A stretch of 64,000 nucleotides of DNA from a virus (IMGVR_UViG_3300031334_000002:1-64000); one strand, 5' to 3'. Positions 40,403 through 50,354 are shown, counted from the first letter of the stretch. Notes: a model not told the origin generated them from the letters alone. Numbers and translations are program-made.

Positions 40403-41650
40403 TTATGATTTAATGAATGTGAGTAGTACTGTTTTACCGGGACAACAGGTAAATAACGCTTGATCTGTGTACATTCTCATTTCGTAACCGTTAAAACCTT
40501 CCATTAACTTAAGGAATTGACCGCCTAGACCCGGACGCTCATAAGTAACATCGGAAGAACCGATTCTCATGAAGTCTTTCTCACAGATCATGTAAGCATA
40601 TCCTTCTTTACAGTAAATAGTAGAGCTGATGCGGATAGTACCGTTTTGAGCAGTAAACTCAAGTTCTTTTGAACCGTTTTTTAGTTTAGAATCAGAGTAT
40701 GAACTATCAAACTGTCTTTTAGCAACTTGCTCAGTAAGAAGGTTAGACCATGATTTAGGGTTACAAAGTAGAAGAACTTCTTCATCTGCAAGACCTTTTT
40801 CCATTGCTCTTGAGATACCAGATTCAACTTTAGCGAAAGAAAGAACAGCTTCGTTACCAGCAAAATCAGTACCAACTTCTACAACGTTACCTTTCCAGAG
40901 ATTGTATGCAGAAGCATCAATGTTGAAAAGTACACCAGTATTAGTGATGATTTTGTGAATACCAGCAAATTCGTTGTCTTTTGCACCTTTGTAAAAGATT
41001 ACGTCAGTAGCAGCAACTGAAAGAGTTGTTAGATCTGTCCCAACTGTAACGGTTTTAGCGTCAAAGTCGTAAGAAACAACAGCAACTTCACCTCTAAGAG
41101 CACCAGCAGCACTATAAATTTGAATTGGCATATTTTCAGTACCAGACCAAATTCCTGCAGCCCATTCGTGATCTTCGATTTTTATTACATCATCACCAGC
41201 ACCTTGTACTGCTTCGACTACACCAAGACCAACTTGACCGTACATAAGTTGTACTTCGAGTCTGCGAACGAATGATTTAAGCATATTTTCAACAATAAAC
41301 TTAGTTTCTTGTACAAAAGCGCCTTTACTGTTGCTTGAACGAGAAGCGGCACCAACAGAAAGAAAAGATCTAAGGACCATTTCGTGACCTTTAATCTGGG
41401 CTCTTTTGTGAGTAGAAGCAACCGCTTGGTTAAGAGCAAAAGCTGTACCATCTTGTCCACCATAAGTGAAACCGTGCTCAAGACCTAAAGAAACAGGTTG
41501 AACGTAGTCAAGACCGTTTTGTTTCTCAGCTCCGATAAAAGCAATTGAGTTATAAAGTTTAACGCCTTCAGGAATGAGATCTACGATCTTATCAGCATAG
41601 ATATCCTTAAAGTGTGCGTTAAGTGTTTGAAAATCGTTATTTTGTGGCAT
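40403..41650 (-). CDS. Major capsid protein
   Basis: 415 aa after scaffold, own late motif and terminator; LNAHFKDIY, LMYG..GLG, FAGIHKII. Confidence 0.85.
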   Translation of the reverse strand: MPQNNDFQTLNAHFKDIYADKIVDLIPEGVKLYNSIAFIGAEKQNGLDYVQPVSLGLEHGFTYGGQDGTAFALNQAVASTHKRAQIKGHEMVLRSFLSVGAASRSSNSKGAFVQETKFIVENMLKSFVRRLEVQLMYGQVGLGVVEAVQGAGDDVIKIEDHEWAAGIWSGTENMPIQIYSAAGALRGEVAVVSYDFDAKTVTVGTDLTTLSVAATDVIFYKGAKDNEFAGIHKIITNTGVLFNIDASAYNLWKGNVVEVGTDFAGNEAVLSFAKVESGISRAMEKGLADEEVLLLCNPKSWSNLLTEQVAKRQFDSSYSDSKLKNGSKELEFTAQNGTIRISSTIYCKEGYAYMICEKDFMRIGSSDVTYERPGLGGQFLKLMEGFNGYEMRMYTDQALFTCCPGKTVLLTFIKS

Positions 41651-41790
41651 TATTAATCTCCTAATAGATTTTTGTTTTAAAGTGTGTTATGATTAAATTG
41701 TCATATTCACATGAGGGTATCTAACAATCCATTAAGGGTATGTATGAATCCTAGTTATGTTTCAATAACTCTCTAATGCTAGTTGTTAAA

Positions 41791-42795
41791 TTATCGTCCT
41801 AAGTTCCTGAAAAAGTCAGAAGATCTAAGTTTTTCTTTTGAAGAATCTTCTGTTTTCGATACCTTAGCCGTTTCTTTTATTGTTTGCTTTGGGTTATTCT
41901 TTATAGAATCTACTCGACTTTTACGAAGTCTTTCGATATTCTTTTTACCAATAACTTCCTCCATCATAGTTTCTGGTGCGTTGTCTAGGAAACTTCTCAT
42001 CTCTGCTCTAATTTCTTTTTCTACTTCAGGTATAATATCTGCAACAGTGATTCCGCTTGCATCATATCCATTCTCTTCAGCATAATCCATAGCATGTAAC
42101 AGTGCATCTGCAATCCTAGCCATAGTTTTTTGTGTCGGAGGTAAAGTACTGTTATCTTTTAATTCAGTAATGATTTCTTCTTCTAATTGCGCTCCAGCTT
42201 CTGCTATTTTTTCTTGTTCTTCTTTGTCTTGTTGAGTTTTCTCAATTTCTTGAAGACGTTTGCGTGCTTGAGATAGTTCGATTTCCATCTTTTCTTTCTC
42301 TAGTTGATCTGGGGTTTTTTTCATTTCTTCAATTCGATCTTCGATGAATCTTTCATTAAGATCTTCTGGATCTAGACCTAGCTCTTTTAATACTTCCCAA
42401 GGATTAGATTGTAGTCGGGCAATTTCATTTTCATACGTTTTTTTTAATTTTGCAGCTTCTTGGGCTGTGTGATTAAAAGCTGCTGATTTTTGAAGTTCTT
42501 GTCGGACGGCATCTTCATCCGAAAGATCAATCTCTCTTTCAATTGTTTTACCATTAACTTTTAATTGGAACTTACGTACCATTGATTTAACTTCTTCTTC
42601 CGAAGCACCATCTTCAATAGCCTCTGCCACTTCTTCTTGAAACTCTTCGGTAGTTTCTGCTTCAACTTCGGGTGAATCAACGATATCAGGTGAATCAACG
42701 ATATTAGGTGAATCGTCAACAATTTCTAGATCTGTTGTTTCTTCTAAAACTTCCGTTACTTCTTCTGGTGCTGAATCTACTGCTTCATTCGACAT
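41791..42795 (-). CDS. Capsid scaffolding protein
   Basis: Acidic N-terminus, FQLKVNG, coiled coil; between portal and capsid. Confidence 0.8.
   Translation of the reverse strand: MSNEAVDSAPEEVTEVLEETTDLEIVDDSPNIVDSPDIVDSPEVEAETTEEFQEEVAEAIEDGASEEEVKSMVRKFQLKVNGKTIEREIDLSDEDAVRQELQKSAAFNHTAQEAAKLKKTYENEIARLQSNPWEVLKELGLDPEDLNERFIEDRIEEMKKTPDQLEKEKMEIELSQARKRLQEIEKTQQDKEEQEKIAEAGAQLEEEIITELKDNSTLPPTQKTMARIADALLHAMDYAEENGYDASGITVADIIPEVEKEIRAEMRSFLDNAPETMMEEVIGKKNIERLRKSRVDSIKNNPKQTIKETAKVSKTEDSSKEKLRSSDFFRNLGR
42671..42720. repeat. 18-bp tandem repeat encoding IVDSP(D/N) in scaffold
   Basis: GGTGAATCAACGATAT(C/T)A x2 plus a degenerate third copy. Confidence 0.8.
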
Positions 42796-42856
42796 AATCT
42801 TCTCCTATGTTACAATTTATATATGTAAACATGTCTCAGCCGTTATTGGTATGAGA

Positions 42857-43126
42857 CTAAAATGCTGTGTTGTCGTCTTCGAATTTTCTTTGTTCTCTTA
42901 ATTTTTTTAGTTTTTTTAATATCCTCTCTTCTTTTTTTGTGTCACCATCTTCTGATGCTTGGATTGAGTCTTTCGCTAATTTCTTCATAACAGACGTCAT
43001 TGTTTTATCTCTTAGTTTTTCCAAAGCTTTTTTCCGAGCTGTATTGGGACTTTTTAATGATTCAGAACCATCTACTTCAACAACATCACTATCTAAATAC
43101 GTCTTTACTCTCTTTTTATCTTTCAT
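42857..43126 (-). CDS. Small basic late protein
   Basis: K-rich 89 aa between portal and scaffold. Confidence 0.55.
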   Translation of the reverse strand: MKDKKRVKTYLDSDVVEVDGSESLKSPNTARKKALEKLRDKTMTSVMKKLAKDSIQASEDGDTKKEERILKKLKKLREQRKFEDDNTAF

Positions 43127-45192
43127 TAACCTACCTTTGGTGGTTGTGCAACTCTAGGCATCCCTGAGGTATTAGATGCTTGTTGGGACTCTGCTCCGGG
43201 GTTTCCCATTGCAGGAGAGGGTGCTTGATTAGGTTGAGGTGCTGCTGCATTATTAGGATTGACAGGACTACCTCCAACTGGAGCTAGAGGTTGTTCTCCT
43301 ATTATACTAAGAAGATCTGGGTTAACTTGTCTCAACGCATCAACGTGCTCTTGGATATGAGCTAGTGCTCTTGTAACTAATTCGATGTCTAGTCGAGCAT
43401 CGGGGTCAGCAAGTACAATTTTATGCTCTCTAATGTGTAAAGCATGATCGTCGGTATCAATTGCAATAACATCACTACTATCATCAACCAGTCTTTCGTT
43501 TTCTGCTTTTATTAATAACAGTTCGTCGTGTTGACCTTGGATCAAAGGTTCTAGTTTACCAGTATTAAGCACTGCGAAATATTCTTCTGGACTTTTTATT
43601 AGTCCCATTTGTAAAAGATTAGAAGCCATCTCTGCTCTACCGGCTGTCGTCTGGGAAAGAGGATTACCGGCATCAACCACAACTCTAGTGATACTATTAA
43701 CATCATCTCCGACAAATTCTTTCATCTTACTTCGATTAGATTTTCCTGCAATTTCGGCTATCCTAGGGACTTTTGCAAAATCCTGAATTAGCTTAATTAA
43801 GCCTGTACCGAGGTCTTCAATCAATTGGATATAAGATTGAGACAGACCTGAAAGAAACTGTAATGCTTGAGATTGAACTAATGCTAGTGCATTACCCGAC
43901 CTCAGTGAAGCTTCAGGATTACCCCTTGCAACAGAGTTAACACCAGAAACCGTTTCCATTGCTCTCTCTATCATTTGTAGGAAGTTAAAGATTTCTCCGG
44001 GGGTCTGAGTTAAGTTTAATGAAGTAGGTGCACCTCCGTTTGGAGCCCCATCTACTGTGTTGTATTCGATAAAATTCATACCTTCTGCAACCTGAGAAAC
44101 TTTAACGTCATTACCTCTTGGACTTAAAATACTTTGAACTCCGTGCGCATTTTGGTTAGTGAGAATTGTAGAATATAATGTATTTACTGCATCCTGCATT
44201 GGAAGTAAATCAAACATTGAAGTATACCCATAAGGTGTACCTAATATGTCCGAAGGAGATATCCTATATATAGGCAGGTTTCTATAAGGCATGGGAGTAT
44301 CCATAAGCGCGATATTAGTATCAACATAAAGAAGATACCTGCCCTCAGGAATGGACTCTGTTTTTTTATGAAAAAACTCATACACAGGAACTTCAACGGT
44401 ATCATCGATATACGACAACGTTGCGCGTATCCCACTTTGTTCTTGGTTTTTAGACTTTAGAGACATTATTTCTTCAGCTTTTTCTGGATATTTTGCCGCA
44501 ATGTCGAATTTATTCTTAAACGTTCTAGTAAGAACCCAATCGTGGTTTTCTGCGCTTTCTTTTGTATTATCAAAAATAACATCATAAGGTGATAGGTTTT
44601 CAAACTCAACATCACCTTGATATACTGGGAATGGTTTTAGAATACGACCATTCTCGTCAAGAGGGTTATCGTCTTCATCATAGTCAACTATTAGTTCTTC
44701 ATCAAAGTCTATTGTATCGTATACTTCACCGCTAGTTGAGTTCCATTCCATTTTTATAAAACCCGAACCAAGAACGATAGCATACTCAACCGCTTTTTTA
44801 ATAAACCTTTCTAGTCGTTTTTCTCTCATATAGTATTCTAGGATGCCATGAGCGAGGTATGTTTGAACTTGAGATTTATGGTCGATATTAGATGATCGTG
44901 CTTGGAAAGCTGGTCGAGTTGATGTCACCATAACTAACATATGTTGAGCTATATTTCTAAAGTGATTAACCGCAATATTTACATACTCACCTTGCTCTCC
45001 TCCGAAAGTTATTTGATGTCCATCTCCACCATTATCAGTAAAATAGGCTCCATGATACGACATCCAGCTTCTTTTAATTTTTTCAAGGTATCTATTATGA
45101 TATAGGTGATTAAACCAATTAGAACCTTTCTTTGATAAATATTCGACGGTTTTCTCTACTTTGTCTGCAGCAAAATATATTTCTGAACTCAT
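43126..45192 (-). CDS. Portal protein (P22-like podovirus type)
   Basis: 688 aa after terminase; G.GFIKMEW, SPYDVIFD, Q..VN, SGVNSVARG, P/Q-rich tail. Confidence 0.9.
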   Translation of the reverse strand: MSSEIYFAADKVEKTVEYLSKKGSNWFNHLYHNRYLEKIKRSWMSYHGAYFTDNGGDGHQITFGGEQGEYVNIAVNHFRNIAQHMLVMVTSTRPAFQARSSNIDHKSQVQTYLAHGILEYYMREKRLERFIKKAVEYAIVLGSGFIKMEWNSTSGEVYDTIDFDEELIVDYDEDDNPLDENGRILKPFPVYQGDVEFENLSPYDVIFDNTKESAENHDWVLTRTFKNKFDIAAKYPEKAEEIMSLKSKNQEQSGIRATLSYIDDTVEVPVYEFFHKKTESIPEGRYLLYVDTNIALMDTPMPYRNLPIYRISPSDILGTPYGYTSMFDLLPMQDAVNTLYSTILTNQNAHGVQSILSPRGNDVKVSQVAEGMNFIEYNTVDGAPNGGAPTSLNLTQTPGEIFNFLQMIERAMETVSGVNSVARGNPEASLRSGNALALVQSQALQFLSGLSQSYIQLIEDLGTGLIKLIQDFAKVPRIAEIAGKSNRSKMKEFVGDDVNSITRVVVDAGNPLSQTTAGRAEMASNLLQMGLIKSPEEYFAVLNTGKLEPLIQGQHDELLLIKAENERLVDDSSDVIAIDTDDHALHIREHKIVLADPDARLDIELVTRALAHIQEHVDALRQVNPDLLSIIGEQPLAPVGGSPVNPNNAAAPQPNQAPSPAMGNPGAESQQASNTSGMPRVAQPPKVG

Positions 45193-45213
45193 ATTATCTC
45201 CTGTTTCTAGTTG

Positions 45214-46695
45214 TTACTTTTTCCGATTCATCACTGAGTTCATAAAAGTTTGTTGACTAGTTTGTTTATTTCCTAAGTGTGATTGGTAAACATTACTTCC
45301 TGATAATTCGAAATACCCTTCTGGATAGGGATTTTTTTCAGGTTGCAAATTTCTAACGAGATACACGAGCGCATCAAGTAAATCTGAGTGATTAGCTTTA
45401 ATATTCTTATTTTTATTTCCTTTATTTCTAGCAAATTCTTTTCTATTAGGTTTCCATTTAGCATTGCGAATATGTTCTATTAAATTAACACATCGGGGAT
45501 GGATCTCTATCTCACCACGTTTAAACATCATCCTAACCATGTTCACTTTATCTTCTTTTCCGTCTTTTTTTGTAGCTTTAAATCTGATATCATGGTTAGC
45601 AAGAAGGTCGTTTATGAGAAGTGGTAAGTTATTATCAATAATTCTCATGTAAGGTTTTTTTACTTCGCCAGTATACGGGTTTGTGTATACTGAGGATTCT
45701 TTTCTAACTATACAATTAGCTATATCGTCAGTGGTTAATGCTCTTTGTCCTTCTCCACCAAGAACACCTTCATCTACTATTACTAGTTTTTTTCTAAGGT
45801 AATCAAAATAACCAAAAACTATTCCAGTTAAATCGACAACTGCCGGATCGCACGACACGTACCCATCGTAGTAAACTGGAATTTCTACCTCTTTGAGTAT
45901 ATCTTTTTCAAGATCGGACCACTCAGGAATAACCATTAAAGAACTATATGTATTACTCTTAAGAAGGTATTCTCTTTGGTATTCTGGATCTTCCTCTCCT
46001 AGAGGGTATCTGGCTATAATTTTTTCTCTAACTTTATCATTAATTAACGGATTCGAGTATATATCGTACTCAACAAGCCAACCTTTGGATCTATAAACAT
46101 CAACAAAGTTAGTTAAAAAAGGATGATCAGGTTCTTTAGAGGGAGTTGATGCTATTATCATTTTACCATTAGTAGTTGTCATGGTAGGTAATAGAATAGA
46201 GTTAACTATGTACATCATGTCGTTATAAGGAAAAAACCCACCTTCGTCACATAATATTAAATGTATAGTCTTTCCTCTTGCCGCTTCTGCATGTCCACCA
46301 TCAGCACCAGCCATCATAATAATAGAACCGTTGGGGTATACAAATTCTTTATCTGCGATTTTATGTTCAGGTTTAAGGTATTCAGGACAATCTTTATGTA
46401 TTGTTCTCATTTGTTCTTTAGCGACTGCTGCTGCCATGTTTTTTTTAGGAAACATTAATAGAACTTTTGTGTTCGGGTTTTTTTGACAATACTCTGCAGC
46501 AATTAAACACATGGTATAACTTTTTCCTGTTTGTCTCGAACATAAGAAAACGGTAATGTCGTGAGGCGAGTCGTACACTTTATCGCGCATTTCTTTTTGT
46601 ATTCCTTTTAGCTTATACGACAAATCTCCAATTTCCCAGAGTTTCGCTATTGCTTGTTCTTTAGATAATGTCTTTTTTCCACGTTTGGTTGTCAT
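45214..46695 (-). CDS. terL: Terminase large subunit
   Basis: SRQTGKS Walker A, LCDEG Walker B, ASTP, YQREYL, SCDPA, HSDLLDALVY. Confidence 0.95.
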   Translation of the reverse strand: MTTKRGKKTLSKEQAIAKLWEIGDLSYKLKGIQKEMRDKVYDSPHDITVFLCSRQTGKSYTMCLIAAEYCQKNPNTKVLLMFPKKNMAAAVAKEQMRTIHKDCPEYLKPEHKIADKEFVYPNGSIIMMAGADGGHAEAARGKTIHLILCDEGGFFPYNDMMYIVNSILLPTMTTTNGKMIIASTPSKEPDHPFLTNFVDVYRSKGWLVEYDIYSNPLINDKVREKIIARYPLGEEDPEYQREYLLKSNTYSSLMVIPEWSDLEKDILKEVEIPVYYDGYVSCDPAVVDLTGIVFGYFDYLRKKLVIVDEGVLGGEGQRALTTDDIANCIVRKESSVYTNPYTGEVKKPYMRIIDNNLPLLINDLLANHDIRFKATKKDGKEDKVNMVRMMFKRGEIEIHPRCVNLIEHIRNAKWKPNRKEFARNKGNKNKNIKANHSDLLDALVYLVRNLQPEKNPYPEGYFELSGSNVYQSHLGNKQTSQQTFMNSVMNRKK

Positions 46696-46730
46696 TTGTT
46701 CCGTCGAATTTATTAGATTTACTGTTATTT

Positions 46731-47078
46731 TTAACTTTTTGCTATTTTGATCAGATCTTTAACTTGGGCTTTAGTTTTGGTTTTAGCTTTCTTTTTAGGT
46801 TGACCTCCCCTAATAAGGTTCAAGTCTTTCACTAGAGTGTCGAATATTTTAGCTTGTTCTTGGTCGAAAGCCATTCCTTCAGATTGTTCCTTTAATCTAC
46901 CTATCTGAGAGATACATATATATTCCTCATCTGACATTTCAGGTATATCATCTATGTCTAGGTCATTATCTCTTATAATCTGTTCATACTTGTAGATTTC
47001 TTTTTCTAATTCGGAAATTTTTTTTCTTAAAGCTTCATTCTCAAATCCACTTTCCATTCCTAGTATATCATCTGACAT
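46731..47078 (-). CDS. Candidate terminase small subunit
   Basis: Helical 115 aa immediately upstream of terL. Confidence 0.35.
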   Translation of the reverse strand: MSDDILGMESGFENEALRKKISELEKEIYKYEQIIRDNDLDIDDIPEMSDEEYICISQIGRLKEQSEGMAFDQEQAKIFDTLVKDLNLIRGGQPKKKAKTKTKAQVKDLIKIAKS

Positions 47079-47346
47079 TCTTTCTCCTAATCTCTCTAGT
47101 AAGTTTCACGCCAAGTCCCATTGCTTGGATGACTCGACGAACTCTTTCTTTTAGGTATCTAATGTCTTTGGTTTGAGATACCCCTCTCCTAACTATGTTT
47201 CCATTACCCATATTAACGATCTCGAATTTCATACCTTCAGGGTAGAGTCTAATGGTATAACGTGCTCCGGTTACTTGTGATAATATAACCCCAGATACGA
47301 GTCTTTCATTTTTCTGGTCTTTAAAGTATCTTATTCTAGTTTTCAT
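47068..47346 (-). CDS. Hypothetical basic protein
   Basis: GAGG RBS; stop overlaps next start. Confidence 0.55.
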   Translation of the reverse strand: MKTRIRYFKDQKNERLVSGVILSQVTGARYTIRLYPEGMKFEIVNMGNGNIVRRGVSQTKDIRYLKERVRRVIQAMGLGVKLTREIRRKNVR

Positions 47347-47410
47347 TAAGTCCTCTTGTCAAAAACATTTATTTACTTCCTGTAAATTGTTTTTGCCTAC
47401 GGCATCCTGC

Positions 47411-47761
47411 CTAAAAGCGCATTCCACCTTTAGTTTCGATAGTTTTACTAATTTCACGTTTTGTGTATTCTTGATCTGTTAAGAACTTCTTAAGTTTTAA
47501 GGCTGCAATGTCATTTTCTTTTTTTAAGGCAGCGATTTCGGAATCTTCCAAAATAGGCTTTTTAAGGTCAAGCTCTTTATCAAGGATACGAAATTTTCTT
47601 AAGTCCTTACGGTGTAGATGTGACAACACCTTAGGGACTACCATCAAAAGAGATAGGACACCTAAAACGAGAGCTTCTTGGAATGTAATTGGATGTAATA
47701 CTGATTTAGAACAAATAAATAATAAATAGGCTACAAATAAGCCTAACGGAAGGTGTTTCAT
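47411..47761 (-). CDS. Two-TM membrane protein
   Basis: AGGAG RBS; two hydrophobic helices then coiled coil. Confidence 0.55.
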   Translation of the reverse strand: MKHLPLGLFVAYLLFICSKSVLHPITFQEALVLGVLSLLMVVPKVLSHLHRKDLRKFRILDKELDLKKPILEDSEIAALKKENDIAALKLKKFLTDQEYTKREISKTIETKGGMRF

Positions 47762-47808
47762 TTTTTCACTCCTGAAGTAAGTCCAGTAAACCAGCAATTA
47801 AGTATTGT

Positions 47809-48045
47809 TTACTTTTTCTTTTTAAGTAGTTTTTTTAATTTATCATATTTGACACCACCACATGCGTAAGTGTCATTATCTTCTCTTTCTTTTCTTTTTT
47901 TGTTGGCAGCATCAATGGCTTTTGCCCGAGCTATGTCAGTTGGGTCCATTCCTTCGTAATTTCTTTCATAAGGATCTTTCTCGCCAGTTTCTTTTCTTCT
48001 TCTTTTTTTAGAGAGCAATTTAGCTCCCATAGCTTTCCAATCCAT
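47809..48045 (-). CDS. Small very basic late protein carrying a YACGG motif
   Basis: First gene behind late motif at 48104; GGAG RBS. Confidence 0.6.
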   Translation of the reverse strand: MDWKAMGAKLLSKKRRRKETGEKDPYERNYEGMDPTDIARAKAIDAANKKRKEREDNDTYACGGVKYDKLKKLLKKKK

Positions 48046-48973
48046 ATGTTGACTCTCCCAAGTATATATGCTATTCTTATTTTGACGTATTAATAACCTA
48101 TATCTAGTTGTTAAATTTATGAAAAACTACCTATTTAAATCTAAAGTTCTTTTCCCTTTGTCCTTCTGAAGAGGAGTATTGGGTAGATGCGGAGATTATT
48201 GTTGATGAATTAGCCTACATGATTTTATCTCAATGGGAAGTAGGGTCATCTAGAGCAGTTTGGTAGGTTGAGAACAATAATTCTCTATATTTTAGGTTTA
48301 ATGTTACAATTAAGGAGTCAATATGGGGTTATCTGGAGCAGTCTGTCCGGCAAATAGGTCTAAAAACATTCTAAAAGACCTTCAATACATAAAAGAAACC
48401 TATGTTGAGTACTTTTTAGGTGGAAATGAGAGTGGTTTGCGTGAAGCTAGTGATCTTTTTTCTAAGATTGAAAAGTATATAGTAGAAATCTCAGCAGAAA
48501 GGAAAGTACTAGATGCTAAATTGGCTGAAGAAATTAAAAAATCTTAAAATTTGGTGTTATTTTGGGTTTCATAGATGGGTAAAGATTAAAAAGGAGTTGA
48601 TTTGTTCAAAATGTGGAAAGATTGTACTATTCTAATAGGTCTTTCACTGCCTCCCGTACTTTTTATTTGCTTTTGTTTGTATTTTATAGTACCTTCTTAC
48701 AGAGTTGGTGATTGTTTATTGCTAAATGATAACAATAAGTTGTACAGAGTTACTGGTTTCAGACTAGACCGCTATATTTTGAACGAAAAGATAAAATTAA
48801 ATTATAGAATGGTAGATAATAGCTCTAAAAAAGTAAAATGTACCATTTCTGTAAAAGATAAATATATGTTAGATAAGGACTTTAAATGAGAAAAGTGTTT
48901 GATAGCATTGCTATAATTCTAATAGGTTGGAGTTTAGGTACATTAATTACACACTTAGTATTAGGAGTTTAGT

Positions 48974-49150
48974 ATGTATTGTGCTATATTAACTTTGTTG
49001 TTGGTTAACGGACAGAATTGGACATTTGAAGACCTGAATGATATGGAGTATCAGGCAATCAAATGTAATACCAGAGGGTTAGGTTGTTTAAGTAAGGTTA
49101 CGAAAAAGAGTGAATACGAAATAGAATACACTTGTGAGGTAAAAAGATGA
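48974..49150 (+). CDS. 58-aa Cys-containing protein, paralogue A (not in ORF track)
   Basis: AGGAG RBS; MYCAILTLLLVNGQNWTFEDL...CLSK...C. Confidence 0.7.
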   Translation: MYCAILTLLLVNGQNWTFEDLNDMEYQAIKCNTRGLGCLSKVTKKSEYEIEYTCEVKR

Positions 49151-49385
49151 GTAATTATACGTTTTTATTAGAAAATGAAAATAGAAGACTAAGAAAGTCA
49201 GTTAAAAAAGAAGTTGAAGACAACCATAATCAATTATTTGATAGAATTGACTTTTTAAATGACAAAATTATCGAAGCAATCGGTTGGATGCACGCTGAAG
49301 CTTGTGTTGCTGTAGACAAAGGGGAAGATATTAGAAATATATCAATCCCAGATTTAATAGATAGAGCAAAAAGGGATTTAGAGTT

Positions 49386-49565
49386 GTGATCTGTACGGTA
49401 CTGTTGTTAGTTCTACTAAATGGTCAAACATGGACCTTCAAAGACCTGACTAATATCAGAGCTTCTGCTAAATCTTGCCAAAGAGAATATAAACAATGCT
49501 TAGGTAAGTTTGTGAAAAAGGGTAATAGGAATTACTATGCAGAATGTAAAAATAAAAGTAAGTAA
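49386..49565 (+). CDS. 59-aa Cys-containing protein, paralogue B (not in ORF track)
   Basis: GTG overlapping previous stop; MICTVLLLVLLNGQTWTFKDL...CLGK...C. Confidence 0.7.
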   Translation: MICTVLLLVLLNGQTWTFKDLTNIRASAKSCQREYKQCLGKFVKKGNRNYYAECKNKSK

Positions 49566-49812
49566 ATATAAAAGAGAGATAGAAGAATACTACATGTATG
49601 AAGATATTTTTTGTACTAACTGTGGAGAAAAAGGACACGTTTATAGTCGGCTAGGTAATGAATGTTACTACCAAGGGGCAACTTATTATTGTATTAATTG
49701 TAGTAGCGTGGCAATGGAACCTTGCTTCCATAAAACCGAAAATGACGAATCTATCATTGCTTTGAAGAAGACATTAGAGAAGGCTTTAGAGCTTGACAAG
49801 AAAGAGGACTAG
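49537..49812 (+). CDS. Zinc-finger protein
   Basis: CTNCG...YYCINC. Confidence 0.55.
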   Translation: MQNVKIKVSKYKREIEEYYMYEDIFCTNCGEKGHVYSRLGNECYYQGATYYCINCSSVAMEPCFHKTENDESIIALKKTLEKALELDKKED

Positions 49813-49821
49813 GGATAGTAT
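49793..49821 (+). promoter_or_regulatory. sigma70-type promoter
   Basis: TTGACA-17-TAGTAT upstream of a short ORF starting ~49882. Confidence 0.5.
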
Positions 49822-50354
49822 AGGTTTAGCCCATGGGAGGGCTTAGAGAAAGGATGAGAGCTTCTGGGGGAGGAGTTAGTAATGGAGACTACGTTTACAA
49901 TAAAATTAGACCATGAAGGGTTTTTTATTGCAAGAAATGTGACAGTTATGTCACCCCCTACAAGATTAACCGAAGAACAATTAATGGAGCTAAACGTTGA
50001 CGTTGTATATATTTAATACTATAAGACAAGCGATCTACCAAAAATGCTTCCTGAATGTTCCAAGCTAAGTTTAAACGGAACTAAAGATTACAAAGTACAC
50101 ACGCTAACCCAGAGAACCGATCGTCTTAGAGGGTGTAGGTTTTATTTGTCGATTGTTTTTGGTTTAATGAAACGTGCGAAGAAATAATCCGTATCACCAA
50201 AAGGGACACTAAAGTTCAAGCTATTGATTGTTGGTCTGGAGAATGGGGTGATGTGTGTAACATACAGTATTAAGTCTAGGTAAGTATATATATTGTTAGA
50301 GAGTCTCCTATAAATCACCCAACCCAAATGTCCCTCACCCCCCACCACCCCCCT

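Larger units (their letters stand above)
21869..48113 (-). promoter_or_regulatory. Dispersed late-promoter motif TAACAACTAG (7 perfect copies)
   Basis: CTAGTTGTTA on + at 21869, 27328, 31931, 40330, 41779, 45207, 48104, each upstream of a - strand gene start. Confidence 0.8.

Noticed and set aside
14571-47729. Numerous + strand ORFs inside the late block
   Set aside because: S/F/L-rich antisense shadows of long - strand genes, lacking RBS
49940-49955. Palindrome GTGACAGTTATGTCAC (and GTGTTA-N6-TGACAC near 50608) as matS, CRP or enhancer-protein site
   Set aside because: Spacing fits neither matS nor CRP; single copies, the first inside a small ORF; too weak to call although an enhancer role cannot be excluded
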